Shown here in pieces: positions 1 to 10,359 of a stretch of DNA of 27,829 bases (positions are counted from its first letter, which is position 1; every line of letters begins with the position of its first letter). The stretch comes from an uncultured Nitrospiraceae bacterium (GTDB lineage Bacteria > Nitrospirota > Thermodesulfovibrionia > Thermodesulfovibrionales > Dissulfurispiraceae). Below the pieces are notes generated by a model. It was not told the origin of the DNA. It did not search any database and saw only the letters and a program-made list of their open reading frames with translations. The DNA lies in NCBI GenBank assembly GCA_963727805.1, contig CAVSHF010000002.1, positions 1 to 27,829 of the forward strand. Direction: 5' to 3'. The position numbers were made by a program, and so were the translations under genes.

Positions 1-200
1 ATGGATTGCAGGCTTGCCCCCTGTTCCTGTAACTGCCGAATGCGATTGAGCGTTTGCAAATGACTGTCATTATAAAATCCACCCCTACCCCTTCCCGCCG
101 GCGGATCAATCAGTCCTTCCTGCACATAATACCTTATAGTTCTTCTATTTAAGCCCGTTAGAGCTGCTAAATCGTCTATTGTAAATCTTGTCCCATCCAT
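1..200 (-). CDS. MerR-family helix-turn-helix regulator, copy 1 (3' end runs off left edge)
   Basis: Manual translation from ATG at 200: MDGTRFTIDDLAALTGLNRRTIRYYVQEGLIDPPAGRGRGGFYNDSHLQTLNRIRQLQEQGASLQS..., a MerR HTH signature (I.DLA..TG...RTIRYY...GLI). Open to the window edge, so absent from the ORF track. Confidence 0.85.
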   Translation of the reverse strand, partial: MDGTRFTIDDLAALTGLNRRTIRYYVQEGLIDPPAGRGRGGFYNDSHLQTLNRIRQLQEQGASLQS

Positions 201-206
201 GGCTTT

Positions 207-236
207 ATTATGACAGTGTAGCTGTCGTTATGTCAA
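207..236 (-). promoter_or_regulatory. sigma70-type promoter of MerR copy 1 with dyad operator; probably leaderless
   Basis: Minus strand TTGACA-18 nt-CATAAT, then 6 nt to the ATG with no SD. Inverted repeat GACAG-tgtag-CTGTC at 212-226 lies in the spacer. Confidence 0.6.
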
Positions 237-506
237 GAGAATCTTTTTCGAGATTAGTTGGTGCAGGGATCCCAGAGTTTGAATCTTGGTTTTCCAATGC
301 AACTTCAACTAAAACAGAATATATCATAGGGAAATGAGGGGTATTGGCAGCAGGTCAAAAAAAGCGGAAACCTATGACACCCCCTGGGGTAGACGGCCTT
401 TTATACTAAAAACAGGACAATGGATGGCCTCTCCTCAGAACAGCTGAAACTGAGTGAAGGCGGCTCTGAAAGGCTAAACGAGGCATACGAGGAACGAGGA
501 GGGAAC

Positions 507-830
507 ATGCAGGCGACACTTACTGACCATGCAGCACTAAGGGCAGCCCAGCGGAACATTACCGAGCATGATATCGACATCATCGCAACTTATGGCAAGA
601 CGATACACTGCGGCGGCGCCGTGCACATCTTTTTAAGGGCCAAGGACTTGCCCTCAGACCTTCACGCGGATGATTCTTTCAGCAAACTCATCGGAACGAC
701 CGCCGTTATAGCTGCGGATGACATTACTGTCATAACAATCTACCGTAACCGGCATGCGCTCAGTGCAATCCGGAAAAAGAACAAATGGAACCTAAGTAGG
801 CGTGCCCAACGTCTGCGGTACGCTGCATAG
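507..830 (+). CDS. DUF4258-like small protein, copy 1 (107 aa)
   Basis: SD GAGGAGG before ATG 507. LTDHAALRAAQRNIT..DI...ITVITIY matches the DUF4258 pattern (T.HA..RM.QR.I...VITVY). Confidence 0.7.
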   Translation: MQATLTDHAALRAAQRNITEHDIDIIATYGKTIHCGGAVHIFLRAKDLPSDLHADDSFSKLIGTTAVIAADDITVITIYRNRHALSAIRKKNKWNLSRRAQRLRYAA

Positions 831-982
831 CCCCTAGAAAAGGGACAAATACGGAGGCCAATTAGAGATGATGGGGGATGTCGCAGAAGGTTACAATGCC
901 TTGGTTGAAAAAGGAATAAAGGCAAAAAGCGAAGATGAACAACATCATCCGGGATACAAATATCAAGCAGGAGGTAAATACA

Positions 983-1152
983 ATGGGAAGAATTCTCTTT
1001 AGAATGACACAAGCAGAATATGATGCTAGGCTCAAGGAAGCAAGGGAAATAAAGGCAAGAGCTCGATAAGCATAGGGCCTCATGGAAGGCTACCGTTGCC
1101 GCTGGGTTTCGCGATCTTCCTCCTTATGCTGCCTCTGACAAGACCTCAGCAG
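983..1152 (+). pseudogene. Frameshifted, junction-truncated copy of the 63-aa peptide gene
   Basis: Same SD/ATG context as 2120, but gctcgataag replaces actgataag (+1 nt) giving an early TAA. The 3' end is lost at the duplication junction. Confidence 0.6.
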
Positions 1153-1344
1153 CAGGCTTGCCCCCTGTTCCTGTAACTGCCGAATGCGATTGAGCGTTTG
1201 CAAATGACTGTCATTATAAAATCCACCCCTGCCCCTTCCCGCCGGCGGATCAATCAGTCCTTCCTGCACATAATACCTTATTGTTCTTCGATTTACGCCC
1301 GTAAGAGCTGCCAAATCGTCTATTGTAAATCTTGTCCCAGCCAT
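1090..1344 (-). pseudogene. MerR HTH copy 2, truncated at duplication junction with a novel C-terminal tail
   Basis: MAGTRFTIDDLAALTGVNRRTIRYY...QGASL, then reads into the antisense strand of unit 1 (LLRSCQRQHKEEDRETQRQR*). Confidence 0.75.
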
Positions 1345-1350
1345 GGCTTT

Positions 1351-1379
1351 ATTATGACAGTGTACTGTCGTTTTGTCAA
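1351..1379 (-). promoter_or_regulatory. sigma70-type promoter of MerR copy 2
   Basis: Minus strand TTGACA-17 nt-CATAAT with GACAG-tgta-CTGTC dyad. Spacer is 1 nt shorter than in copy 1. Confidence 0.55.
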
Positions 1380-1644
1380 GAGACTCTTTTTCGAGATTAG
1401 TTGGTGCAGGGATCCCAGAGTGTGAATCTTGGTTTTCCAATGCAACTTCAACTAAAACAGAACATAGGGAAATGAGGGGTATTGGTAGCAGGTCAAAAAA
1501 AGCCGAAACCTATGACACCCCCTGGGGTAGACGGCCTTTTATACTAAAAACAGGACAATGGATGGCCTCTCCTCAGAACGGATGAAACTGAGTGAAGGCT
1601 GCTGTGAAAGGCTAAACAAGGCATACGAGGAACGAGGAGGAAAC

Positions 1645-1968
1645 ATGCAGGCGACACTTACTGACCATGCAGCACTAAGGGCAGCCCAGCGGAACATTAC
1701 CGAGCATGATATCGACATCATCGCAACTTATGGCAAGACGATACACTGCGGAGGCGCCGTGCATATCTTTTTAAGGGCCAAGGACTTGCCCTCAGACCTT
1801 CACTCGGATGATTCTTTCAGCAAACTCATCGGAACGACCGCCGTTATAGCTAAGGATGACATTACTGTCATAACAATCTACCGTAACCGGCATGCGCTCG
1901 GTGCAATCAGGAAAAAGAACAAATGGAACCTAAGTAGGCGTGCGCAACGTCTGCGGTACGCTGCATAG
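1645..1968 (+). CDS. DUF4258-like small protein, copy 2 (107 aa)
   Basis: SD GAGGAGG before ATG 1645. Differs from copy 1 at three residues (HAD/HSD, AAD/AKD, LSA/LGA). Confidence 0.7.
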   Translation: MQATLTDHAALRAAQRNITEHDIDIIATYGKTIHCGGAVHIFLRAKDLPSDLHSDDSFSKLIGTTAVIAKDDITVITIYRNRHALGAIRKKNKWNLSRRAQRLRYAA

Positions 1969-2119
1969 CCCCTAGAAAAGGGACAAATAAGGAGGCCAAT
2001 AGAGATGATGGGGGATGTCGCAGAAGGTTACAATGCGTTGGTCGAAAAAGGAATAAAGGCAAAAAGCGAAGATGAACAACATCATCCGGGATGCAAATAT
2101 CAAGCAGGAGGTAAATAAA

Positions 2120-2311
2120 ATGGGAAGAATTCTTTTTAGAATGACACAAGCAGAATATGATGCTAGGCTCAAGGAAGCAAGGGAAATAAAGGCAAGAACT
2201 GATAAGCATAGGGCCTCATGGAAGGCTACCGTTGCCGCTGGGTTTCGCGATCTTCCTCCTTATGCTGCCTCTGAAAAGACCTCAGCAGTATTTATGAAGA
2301 GAAAGGAATGA
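2120..2311 (+). CDS. Hypothetical 63-aa basic helical protein
   Basis: Strong SD AGGAGGT before ATG 2120; MGRILFRMTQAEYDARLKEAREIKAR... Confidence 0.55.
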   Translation: MGRILFRMTQAEYDARLKEAREIKARTDKHRASWKATVAAGFRDLPPYAASEKTSAVFMKRKE

Positions 2312-2518
2312 ACATCAGACTGTCGTAAACTCAATATACGAAAGAGTTTTGCTCATAATTGCAAAAACTTTGAAAAAGATAAGAGGATGTCGTTTGTGAT
2401 GGTAGAAGTTAACCGAAACAAATTAAGGATAAGACAGTTAATGGCATCGACGTTCATCAAGGGATATTCCCAATTATCGGAGCATTGTTAAATTTGTGCA
2501 ATCAAAGGAGGCGACGCG

Positions 2519-2809
2519 ATGGGCTGGGTTATAGTGCTTGACGATGAAGATGACATCTATAAGAATATGAATTGCTGTACTATGGTGGGAATGACCGAGC
2601 TTCAGGATTTTATAGCCAAGCATAGAGAAGACGCTCCTACTCTTGCCGAGTGCGGGGATTATCTGTTCCTTACATCCGAGCGCAATCCCGATCTGATTGA
2701 GGAAATCAATCGCGTCCGACCGCAGGCTACCCGCAACGTCAGACCGATACTGGATAATATTAGGCGAGCCGCAAAAAAAGCGGAATACTATTTTGAGATC
2801 AGACAGTGA
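2519..2809 (+). CDS. Hypothetical protein (96 aa)
   Basis: SD AAGGAGG before the ATG and protein-like composition. No family recognised. Confidence 0.6.
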   Translation: MGWVIVLDDEDDIYKNMNCCTMVGMTELQDFIAKHREDAPTLAECGDYLFLTSERNPDLIEEINRVRPQATRNVRPILDNIRRAAKKAEYYFEIRQ

Positions 2810-2949
2810 TATTGATGGATGAGTAGTCTCATATTTAACTGAAGATGAGATGACATCAAGATGGCAAAAAGAAAGGTGGTCACCAAATGCACCAAATAAT
2901 TAGGCGACTTTCCATGATGAGCGGACGGAGCTGACAATTGTAATGACGA

Positions 2950-3981
2950 ATGAACGGGTATATACAGAAGAAGAAGAGGCCTATCTCCGGAGACTTATGT
3001 CTCACGGAACGGACCGGAAAAGGGCGGAATGGTATCTTAACCGAATGCAGACTTGGAAGGAACGAGGACTACGATAAATACACGAAATTTCACCTCTGGA
3101 TGATGGGAGAAGAAACAGGGGATGAGCAGTATGATAACGCCAAGGATATCAAACAACTGAATGCGGTTCTCGAGAAAGGCAATTTTGAAATTCTCAAGAA
3201 GAATATCAGAATCCCTCTCCTGGCCCATATCCCTCATAGTTCTACGACTATCCCGGATGAAATAAGAAAGACCTTCCTGATAGGTGATGCTGCTCTCCAG
3301 AAGGAGTTGCTCCTACTAACCGACAGATACTCTGATGATATTTTCTCAAGCGCCGTCGAGTTGGGAGGAATTGCGTTCGTTTGCCGGCGAAGCAGAATGG
3401 TTGTTGATCCTGAGCGGTTCCCCGATGATAGAGACGAACCTATGTCCCGAAAAGGGATGGGGATAATCTATATGAAAACATCCGACAGTCAGACACTGAG
3501 AAAAAGGATGACTAAAGTGCAGAGGAATACACTTCTCGAGCAATATTACTTGCCTTATCGCCAGGCAATTGAGGATGAAGTGGATAAATTACTGGAGACC
3601 TACGGCAATTGCCTGATTGTAGACTGCCATTCATTTTCATCTTTGCCACTAGCCTTTGAACCAGATCAGGATCCGGACAGGCCGGACATATGCATAGGAA
3701 CCGACTCGTTCCACACGCCTCCTTCACTGGTTAGAAAAGCTGAGAAATGTTTTAAAGCTGATGGATTCTCTGTCAAACTTAACAAACCTTACTCCGGAAC
3801 CTACGTTCCACTCAAACACTTTGAAAAGGACAAAAGGGTGTCGTCTATACTGGTGGAAGTTAACCGAAAGCTCTACATGGAAGAAAGAAGCGGCAAAAAG
3901 TTGAGAACCTATAATAGAATCAAGGATGTGCTCAAGAAGATAATGGGAGAGTTAGCAGCTACAACATCTTACAAATCTTGA
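2950..3981 (+). CDS. N-formylglutamate amidohydrolase-family protein (true start uncertain, probably downstream of 2950)
   Basis: Family motifs HIPHSS, TDRYSD, SRMVVDPERF, LIVDCHSF, RPDICIGTD, NKPYSG, EVNRKLYM. Confidence 0.85.
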   Translation: MNGYIQKKKRPISGDLCLTERTGKGRNGILTECRLGRNEDYDKYTKFHLWMMGEETGDEQYDNAKDIKQLNAVLEKGNFEILKKNIRIPLLAHIPHSSTTIPDEIRKTFLIGDAALQKELLLLTDRYSDDIFSSAVELGGIAFVCRRSRMVVDPERFPDDRDEPMSRKGMGIIYMKTSDSQTLRKRMTKVQRNTLLEQYYLPYRQAIEDEVDKLLETYGNCLIVDCHSFSSLPLAFEPDQDPDRPDICIGTDSFHTPPSLVRKAEKCFKADGFSVKLNKPYSGTYVPLKHFEKDKRVSSILVEVNRKLYMEERSGKKLRTYNRIKDVLKKIMGELAATTSYKS

Positions 3982-4000
3982 CTTGCATGGGGAGAAGATT

Positions 4001-7000
4001 GTGAATCAGCTCCAAAAAAGCATATCGGAAATTTGCATCAAGGATCGCATGCAGGAAAAAATCCTCATAGCCCCGTCGTTTTCCGCAGGTCTTCAGATCG
4101 TCGAATCTGTAGTTAGACAGGAAACACCATGCCTGAATCTGAGGATAAAAACAATCGGATCTCTGGCACATGATTTTGTTGACACGGACTTGGCAAGTGA
4201 TAACATTTCCCTTCTTCCAGATATCGCCATGCTGCTGTTCATAGAAGATATCTTCAACGAGCTCAAGCAGAAGAAACAATCCTACTTTCAGAACATGGAA
4301 GCCAAGGAAGGGATTGTGAGCGCCCTCGCCGGTGCAATTTGTGACTTGAGAATGAACGGTATCCGCAGTAATGACCTCTCTTTAGAACAGTTCGAGAGTG
4401 AGAAAAAGGGTAAAGAGCTAAAGATCATGCTCCATCGATATGAGGGATTTCTGAAAGACAAAAAATACGTGGACACCGCAGAGATTCTTGGCAGTGCTTT
4501 AAAAAAAGCTGTGAGTGGCAAAATTGTCTCGGGCGATACGCTGTATCTTGCGTTGTCGGATACATCCTTCTCTCTTTTGGAAAAGCAGCTTTTCGATGCC
4601 ATGCCCGGCGCAAAGAAGGTGCTGCCTCACGATATCCCCCATGGGCTTCATGCCTTTATAGAGATACCTGCCATTCAGCGAGACTATAGATAATCCGGCC
4701 CCTGCGTCGAATATCGGACTGATGCCATGGCTATTCGAAACTGAAAAGGCTCCTGCTTCTTTTCCCGATGACACCGTCACGCTTTTTCATGCTGTGGGGA
4801 GGAGAAATGAGATAAGAGAAACTTTGAGACGGGTCCTAGCTTCGGGAGCAAAGAGCGATGAGGTTGAGATCGTATACACATCGTATGATGACTACGTGCC
4901 TCTGATCTATGGCACAGCGCAAAAGATCGGAATAGAGATTACGGTGCAGGATGGACTCCCTGTCACATTGACAAGGGTCGGACGAGCGGCATTGGGACTG
5001 ATTTCGTGGATTGCCTCAGATTTTGAGGCCGTTAAGTTCAGGCAGCTCCTCACAGGGGGCTCTTTAGACTTGAAGATTGAGGCTACCAAAGAGGGCTTAC
5101 TTTCTGCTTCAGCTATGGGCAGGATCATACGAGAGTCCGGCATAGGATGGAAAAAGGAGAGGTATCTGCCAATACTTGCAGAAATGGCTGAATCATATGA
5201 AACCCAAGCCAAAGAGAAGGATGAGGACGGACGAGATCGAAGCGAGTTCTACCTAAAAAAAGTGGCCAACGCAAGATTTCTAATCGAGCTAGCGAAAGAA
5301 CTTCTCGAATCGATTCCGGTCGCTGATGGTAATGGTACCGTATCTGTGAGCGATCTTTGTAAGGCAATCATGATGTTTCTTGAATCCTATGCGCGTATTT
5401 CGAATGAATTGGATGGTGAAGCAAAGTCTGTTATAAAGAGTGAACTGGAAGAGACAGTGCTTCTGTCCAGTCAGAGGATGTCGCTTCATGATGCCTTGAG
5501 CAGAGTAGAAATGATGATCAGGGATACAAGTGTTGGCGCTTCAGGACCTGCACCGGGATGCCTCCATCTGTCCTCCTATAAACACGGAGGACGATCTGGA
5601 AGATCTCATACATATCTTGTGGGATGTGAATCTCAACTGCTACCGGGAGGCTCAATACAGAACCCTGTGCTGCTGGACGTCGAACTGGAGGCAATAAGCA
5701 AGGACCTTATGCTTTCTTCTGAACAGATCAAGGAAAATCTCTACCGGATGGCTGCGCTTTTGGCATCATTGAGGGGTCATGTAACGCTCTCCTTTTCTTC
5801 CTTCGATGTGCTGGATAATAGGGAGTCATTTCCGTCATCAATATTACTTCAAGTGCATAGACTTATATCAGGGACTTCGGTGGCTGACTATTCCGACATG
5901 ATGGCAGCATTAGGTTCTCCAGCAGGCTACGTTCCCTCATCAGACCCGATTGACAGCCTCGATTTCTGGGTTAAGAACTATTTCGCTACTGATGGTCTGA
6001 AAAAGACCGACGCCCAAACGATCGCACTTTATCCCGGGCTTTACGAAGGAATCAGGGCAATTGTATCCAGGCAGTCCAACAAGGTGACCGAATACGATGG
6101 GAAAATTACGACGGCAGGGAGAGACCTGGACCCGCGAGTAAACAAGGATCTAGTGATGTCGGCATCGATGATCGAGAAATTGGCTACCTGCCCTTTCTCA
6201 TATCTACTTTACTATGTGCTTAAGGTAAGACCATTGGAAGAAGTCACCATAAACGATGGCGAGTGGCTGGACCCTATGCAAAGGGGTCAGCTTCTGCATG
6301 AGCTGTTTTATGAATTCATGAAAGAGATTACCAAAAGGGATGAAAAGCCTTCAATGAAATTACACCCAAAGCTCATCGAACGGCTCGCGGGAAAGATCAT
6401 CAAAAAATACAAAGAAGAGATCCCACCGCCTGGAGAGGTCTTCTATGAGCAAGAAAGAAAGCAACTCCTTAAAACGGCTTTGGTTTTCCTCAGGGTTGAG
6501 GAGGAGCACTGCAGGCAATGCACCCCGCTTTTCTTCGAACTTGCTTTCGGGTTCAGAGGGGGCGATCAACAGGGCTTGTGTATAAAGGAACCTATTCAAA
6601 TAACCATAGGGGATGGAGAGTCAATCAGACTTAGCGGCCGCATAGACAGGGTAGATAAAATCGGTGATCACGACTATGAAATATGGGACTATAAGACAGG
6701 TGGTACTTACGACCACTCAGACGCCGCTTGTTATAGCGGTGGCAAGACCCTTCAGCACGCGCTCTATGCCGTTGCTGCTGAAATAATCCTTAGGAATACC
6801 GCAGGGGACGAGTCAGCTAGTGTAAAACGGTCGGGATATTTATTCCCCTCAGAGAAGGGTACGGGAAAACGTCTGGCGAGGTCCAGGAACGACAAGGCTC
6901 TCGGAGAAATCCTGAACTGCCTCTGCGATATCTTGAAGGACGGCTTATTTCTGCCGTCGAATGACGAGACCTCTTGCAAATACTGCGAATATACTGGTAT

Positions 7001-7106
7001 TTGCGGTGTTTGCAACTGTGACGTTGTCGCAATGGCAAAAAGCAAGATGGAGAACAACGAAAACACCGAACTGTCGGGACTTAGGAGGGTTAAAGATTAT
7101 GCCTAA
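4001..7106 (+). CDS. AddB-like PD-(D/E)XK nuclease subunit with inactive helicase scaffold; one frameshift near 4650-4690
   Basis: Joins ORFs 3983-4693 and 4722-7106; GTG 4001 follows GGGGAG. C-terminus has SASMIEKLATCPF, RGQLLHELF, GRIDRVD, IWDYKTG, LQHALYA and CKYCEYTGIC (four-Cys Fe-S staple pattern). Confidence 0.85.
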
Positions 7107-10100
7107 GAAAGCAACATCGGCAATTACCCTTACCGACCAATCAGCGAGAGATGCCATTACGGAGCTTCTTGACAAGACCATGATGGTCGAGGCTGGGGCC
7201 GGTTCCGGCAAGACAACCTATCTTGTGAGACGAATGACAGCCCTTATAGCTGAAGGGAAAGCTGAGATCGGGAGCATCGCCGCGGTTACATTCACCAGAA
7301 AGGCTGCAGCGGAACTGAAGCAGAAATTCCAGCTTGCCCTTGAAAAGAGTTTTAAGACTTCTGATAGCTACAGGAAGGAACGAATAGGCTTAGCGCTGCA
7401 AGATCTGGAGCAGGGATTTATCGGTACCATCCACTCATTTTGCGCTCAACTACTAAGAGAGCGTCCTGTGGAGGCTGGAATAGACCCCTCCTTCATTGAA
7501 ATGGACGAGACTGAAGACGGCTTAAACAGTAACACAGCTTGGGAATCATACCTTTCAAAACTGCTCTTCGAAGACGAAAAAGTGCTTTCCAGACTTTACG
7601 AGATGGATGTGACTCTCGCCGAGTTAAACGAGGCCTATCACATGCTGGTGCTATACCCTGAAGTATCAGTAGAAACAGAGGACCGTTCTCTACCAGATAC
7701 CAAGAGGGCCAAGGTGGAAATCTCTAATTTCCTTGCATGTGCTGAACCGATGCTACCCGACTCTGTCCCCGAAAAAGGATGGGACCCTGTACAGGACCAG
7801 GTGATAACTCTGAGCAGGATGATGAAATCACTCGATCCTAACGAAATGAGAGATTTCTTCAGAATTATCTCGCCTCTTGAGGCTGATAAAAAAGCCATAT
7901 TAAACAGATGGCCTTCTAAAGAAGCGGCAAGAAAGGTGGAGTCAATTCTATCAGATCTCAGGACAAGTATTGTCCTGCCCATGCTTACGGCATGGAGACG
8001 GTATCGTCACTCCCATCTCATGGAGATTATCAGACCTGCGGCAGATCTCTGTAAGCAGCGGCGAACTGAGGATTCGATGCTCAATTTTCAGGATCTCCTT
8101 CAATTGGCCTCCACCCTACTCCGGGACAATCCTGAAGTTAGAAAGTATTTCAAAAAGAGATTTACGCATCTTCTCGTCGATGAATTTCAGGATACAGATC
8201 CAATCCAGGCAGAGGTCATGTTTTACCTGACCGGAGCCGATACGACTGAGACAAATTGGAAAAAACTGAAGCCAGAAAACGGTTCTCTGTTCGTAGTTGG
8301 AGACCCAAAACAGTCGATATACAGGTTCAGACGGGCGGACATTGATACTTACAATCTGGTAAAGACACTTATACAGCAATCAGGGGGAGAATTAGTCGAA
8401 CTGAAAAGCAACTTCAGATCCCTTCGATCGATAGGTGATTGGCTCAACCCTATTTTCGAAGCGAGGTTTCCCAAAGAGGGCACGAAGTACCAGGCGAAAT
8501 TCGGCAGATTGGAAACAACAAGAATCGATAATGCTTCATGCATGTCAGGTCTACGCAAAATAACTACTCCAAAAATAGAACGGCACAAAACGGAAGAGAT
8601 TGTGGAAAACGATTCTTTGAAGATAGCCTCCTGGATAAAGCATGCACTGAATGGCGGAATCAAGATAGAAAGGACAGAGGATGAAAAAGTCCTTGGTTTG
8701 ACCGAAAAACCCGTACCATCAGACTTTCTGATACTTGTAAGAAATAGAAAAATGATACCGAAGTATGCCATGCGCCTAGAGGAGCTTGGGATTCCCTTCG
8801 AGGTAGCCGGTGGAAATGCATTCTCGAGCACTTATGCGCTAAATGAAATCGTCAAGATACTTAAGGCAGTAGCTGACCCTGACTCAGCTGTGGATCTGGT
8901 GGCAACCATGAGAGGGCTTTTCTTTGGGATCAGCGACGACGTTCTTTACCAGTTTAGAAAAGCAGGCGGTAGGTTCTCATTCTATTCCGAGGTGCCGGCC
9001 GGAATACCAGCGGCAATTGGCGGCGTCATCATGAGCGCATTTGAAAGACTGCAGTTGTACCGAAACTGGTCCAGAACACTTCCGCCATCAGTTGCCATTG
9101 AGAAGATCATGGAAGATGTTGGGTTAGTACCATTCCTCATCAATCAGGACATGGCTGGAAGCCGAACCGGAAACATCATGAAAGTTCTGGAATATCTCAA
9201 TCGAGCCGAACTAACTGGAGATATGGAATTTCTATCAGTTGTTGAAGGCCTCGAGAAGTTGACGGCTGAAGGAGAAATGGATGAGATCGATATCTCCCAC
9301 GGAGGCCGGAAAGCAGTGCGCATTATGAACCTACATAAGGCAAAGGGACTTGAGGCGCCGGTGGTCTTCATAGCCAACCCGACTGGCAAATCAAATCATC
9401 CACCCATGTTGCACATTCGGCGGGAAACTGATCAGGCTATCGGTCACTTTGTAATCTCTGTTAGATCGAATTTCCATGACAAGATCATTGCGATACCTCC
9501 GGACTGGGATAAATATGAGGCAGAAGAAAATAGCTACGGTGCCGCAGAGGAAGAACGTCTTCTCTACGTTGCTAGCACAAGAGCGAAGAATATTTTGGTC
9601 ATAAGTTCCTACCCCGATAAAGCAGCTGGTAATTACTGGTCTGTTTTTGACCCTTATCTTGCGACAGTGAAAGAACTTGACGCTCCGGAGGCAGAAGCAA
9701 AAGTACTAACAACGTTCTCAGTAACAAAGAACAACTTTGATGAGGCACAGAAGTTATTTAGGCAGAACCTGGAATCTTTTGGCAGACAAACGCATTCGGT
9801 CGTGAGTGTGACATCCCTCCCAAAGGAAGGGATCGCGCTTCCATCCTGGAAGAGAACAGGACGCGGTCTTTCCTGGGGAAACGTAATACATCGAACTCTT
9901 GAAGCTATCAATAAAGGAATCACCGGCAAGGAACTTGATGTGCTGGTTACAAACCTACTTACAAGCGAAGGCCGTCCACTGGACGACAAGGCAACGGTTT
10001 TTTCAGTAATAGAGGAAATCAGGAAGTCGGAATTCTGGAAAGAAGTGGAAAAAGCAGAGAAGAAATTCATGGAAGTTCCCTTTTCCCTTAAACTAAGGCC

Positions 10101-10359
10101 GTCCGAACTCGGACTTAACGTTCCTAAAGGGGAATACGTGATCCTCTCAGGTGTTATCGACCTCGTGTACAAGAATCAAAAGGGTTGGACTATCGTAGAT
10201 TACAAGACTGACGATGTCGGGGACAATATTCAGGATTTCGTAAAGTACTATGCTCCGCAAGTGAAGGTTTATTCCCGTTACTGGGAGGAAACATCCGGCG
10301 AAGCCGTTAGCAAAACTGGGCTGTTTTTTGTGCAGCGTAAGGAATTTATTGAAATATAA
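7099..10359 (+). CDS. AddA-like UvrD/SF1 helicase-nuclease
   Basis: ATG 7099 after AGGAGG overlaps the upstream stop. Motifs AGAGSGKT, VTFTRKAA, TIHSFC, VDEFQDT, VGDPKQSIYRFR, NFRS, HKAKGLE, EERLLYVASTRA; C-terminal RecB-type nuclease GVIDLV...IVDYKT...Q...Y. Confidence 0.95.
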   Translation: MPKKATSAITLTDQSARDAITELLDKTMMVEAGAGSGKTTYLVRRMTALIAEGKAEIGSIAAVTFTRKAAAELKQKFQLALEKSFKTSDSYRKERIGLALQDLEQGFIGTIHSFCAQLLRERPVEAGIDPSFIEMDETEDGLNSNTAWESYLSKLLFEDEKVLSRLYEMDVTLAELNEAYHMLVLYPEVSVETEDRSLPDTKRAKVEISNFLACAEPMLPDSVPEKGWDPVQDQVITLSRMMKSLDPNEMRDFFRIISPLEADKKAILNRWPSKEAARKVESILSDLRTSIVLPMLTAWRRYRHSHLMEIIRPAADLCKQRRTEDSMLNFQDLLQLASTLLRDNPEVRKYFKKRFTHLLVDEFQDTDPIQAEVMFYLTGADTTETNWKKLKPENGSLFVVGDPKQSIYRFRRADIDTYNLVKTLIQQSGGELVELKSNFRSLRSIGDWLNPIFEARFPKEGTKYQAKFGRLETTRIDNASCMSGLRKITTPKIERHKTEEIVENDSLKIASWIKHALNGGIKIERTEDEKVLGLTEKPVPSDFLILVRNRKMIPKYAMRLEELGIPFEVAGGNAFSSTYALNEIVKILKAVADPDSAVDLVATMRGLFFGISDDVLYQFRKAGGRFSFYSEVPAGIPAAIGGVIMSAFERLQLYRNWSRTLPPSVAIEKIMEDVGLVPFLINQDMAGSRTGNIMKVLEYLNRAELTGDMEFLSVVEGLEKLTAEGEMDEIDISHGGRKAVRIMNLHKAKGLEAPVVFIANPTGKSNHPPMLHIRRETDQAIGHFVISVRSNFHDKIIAIPPDWDKYEAEENSYGAAEEERLLYVASTRAKNILVISSYPDKAAGNYWSVFDPYLATVKELDAPEAEAKVLTTFSVTKNNFDEAQKLFRQNLESFGRQTHSVVSVTSLPKEGIALPSWKRTGRGLSWGNVIHRTLEAINKGITGKELDVLVTNLLTSEGRPLDDKATVFSVIEEIRKSEFWKEVEKAEKKFMEVPFSLKLRPSELGLNVPKGEYVILSGVIDLVYKNQKGWTIVDYKTDDVGDNIQDFVKYYAPQVKVYSRYWEETSGEAVSKTGLFFVQRKEFIEI

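Larger units (their letters stand above)
8..1151 (+). repeat. Tandem duplication unit 1 (~1.14 kb)
   Basis: 8-1151 aligns by eye to 1152-2288 (gcaggcttgccccctgttcc... to ...aagacctcagcag). The offset drifts from 1144 to 1136 through small indels, and there are scattered substitutions. Confidence 0.95.
1152..2288 (+). repeat. Tandem duplication unit 2
   Basis: Direct repeat of 8-1151. Similarity ends at ctcagcag|tattt (2288). Confidence 0.95.

Noticed and set aside
345..407. TGGCAG at 345 and CTATGAC-N7-GGGGTAG near a TATACT hexamer upstream of the DUF4258-like gene
   Set aside because: TGGCAG is not conserved in unit 2 (TGGTAG) and has no -10 at 10 nt. The second dyad is too degenerate to call.
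8..2288. Duplication as a CRISPR array or IS pair
   Set aside because: Units are >1 kb and gene-containing, with no short repeat-spacer periodicity, terminal inverted repeats or transposase.
6961..7098. ORF-track N-terminal extension of the AddA-like gene (similarly 420-506, 1558-1644, 1345-1440, 22020-22070)
   Set aside because: Better downstream starts exist, supported by SD sequences, promoter position or stop-start coupling; the 22019 start is the least certain.
4288..10172. Numerous 60-170 aa antisense ORFs over addAB-like genes, also over flhG, the DUF3427 helicase and AAA genes
   Set aside because: Shadow ORFs opposite well-supported genes, with no recognisable motifs.
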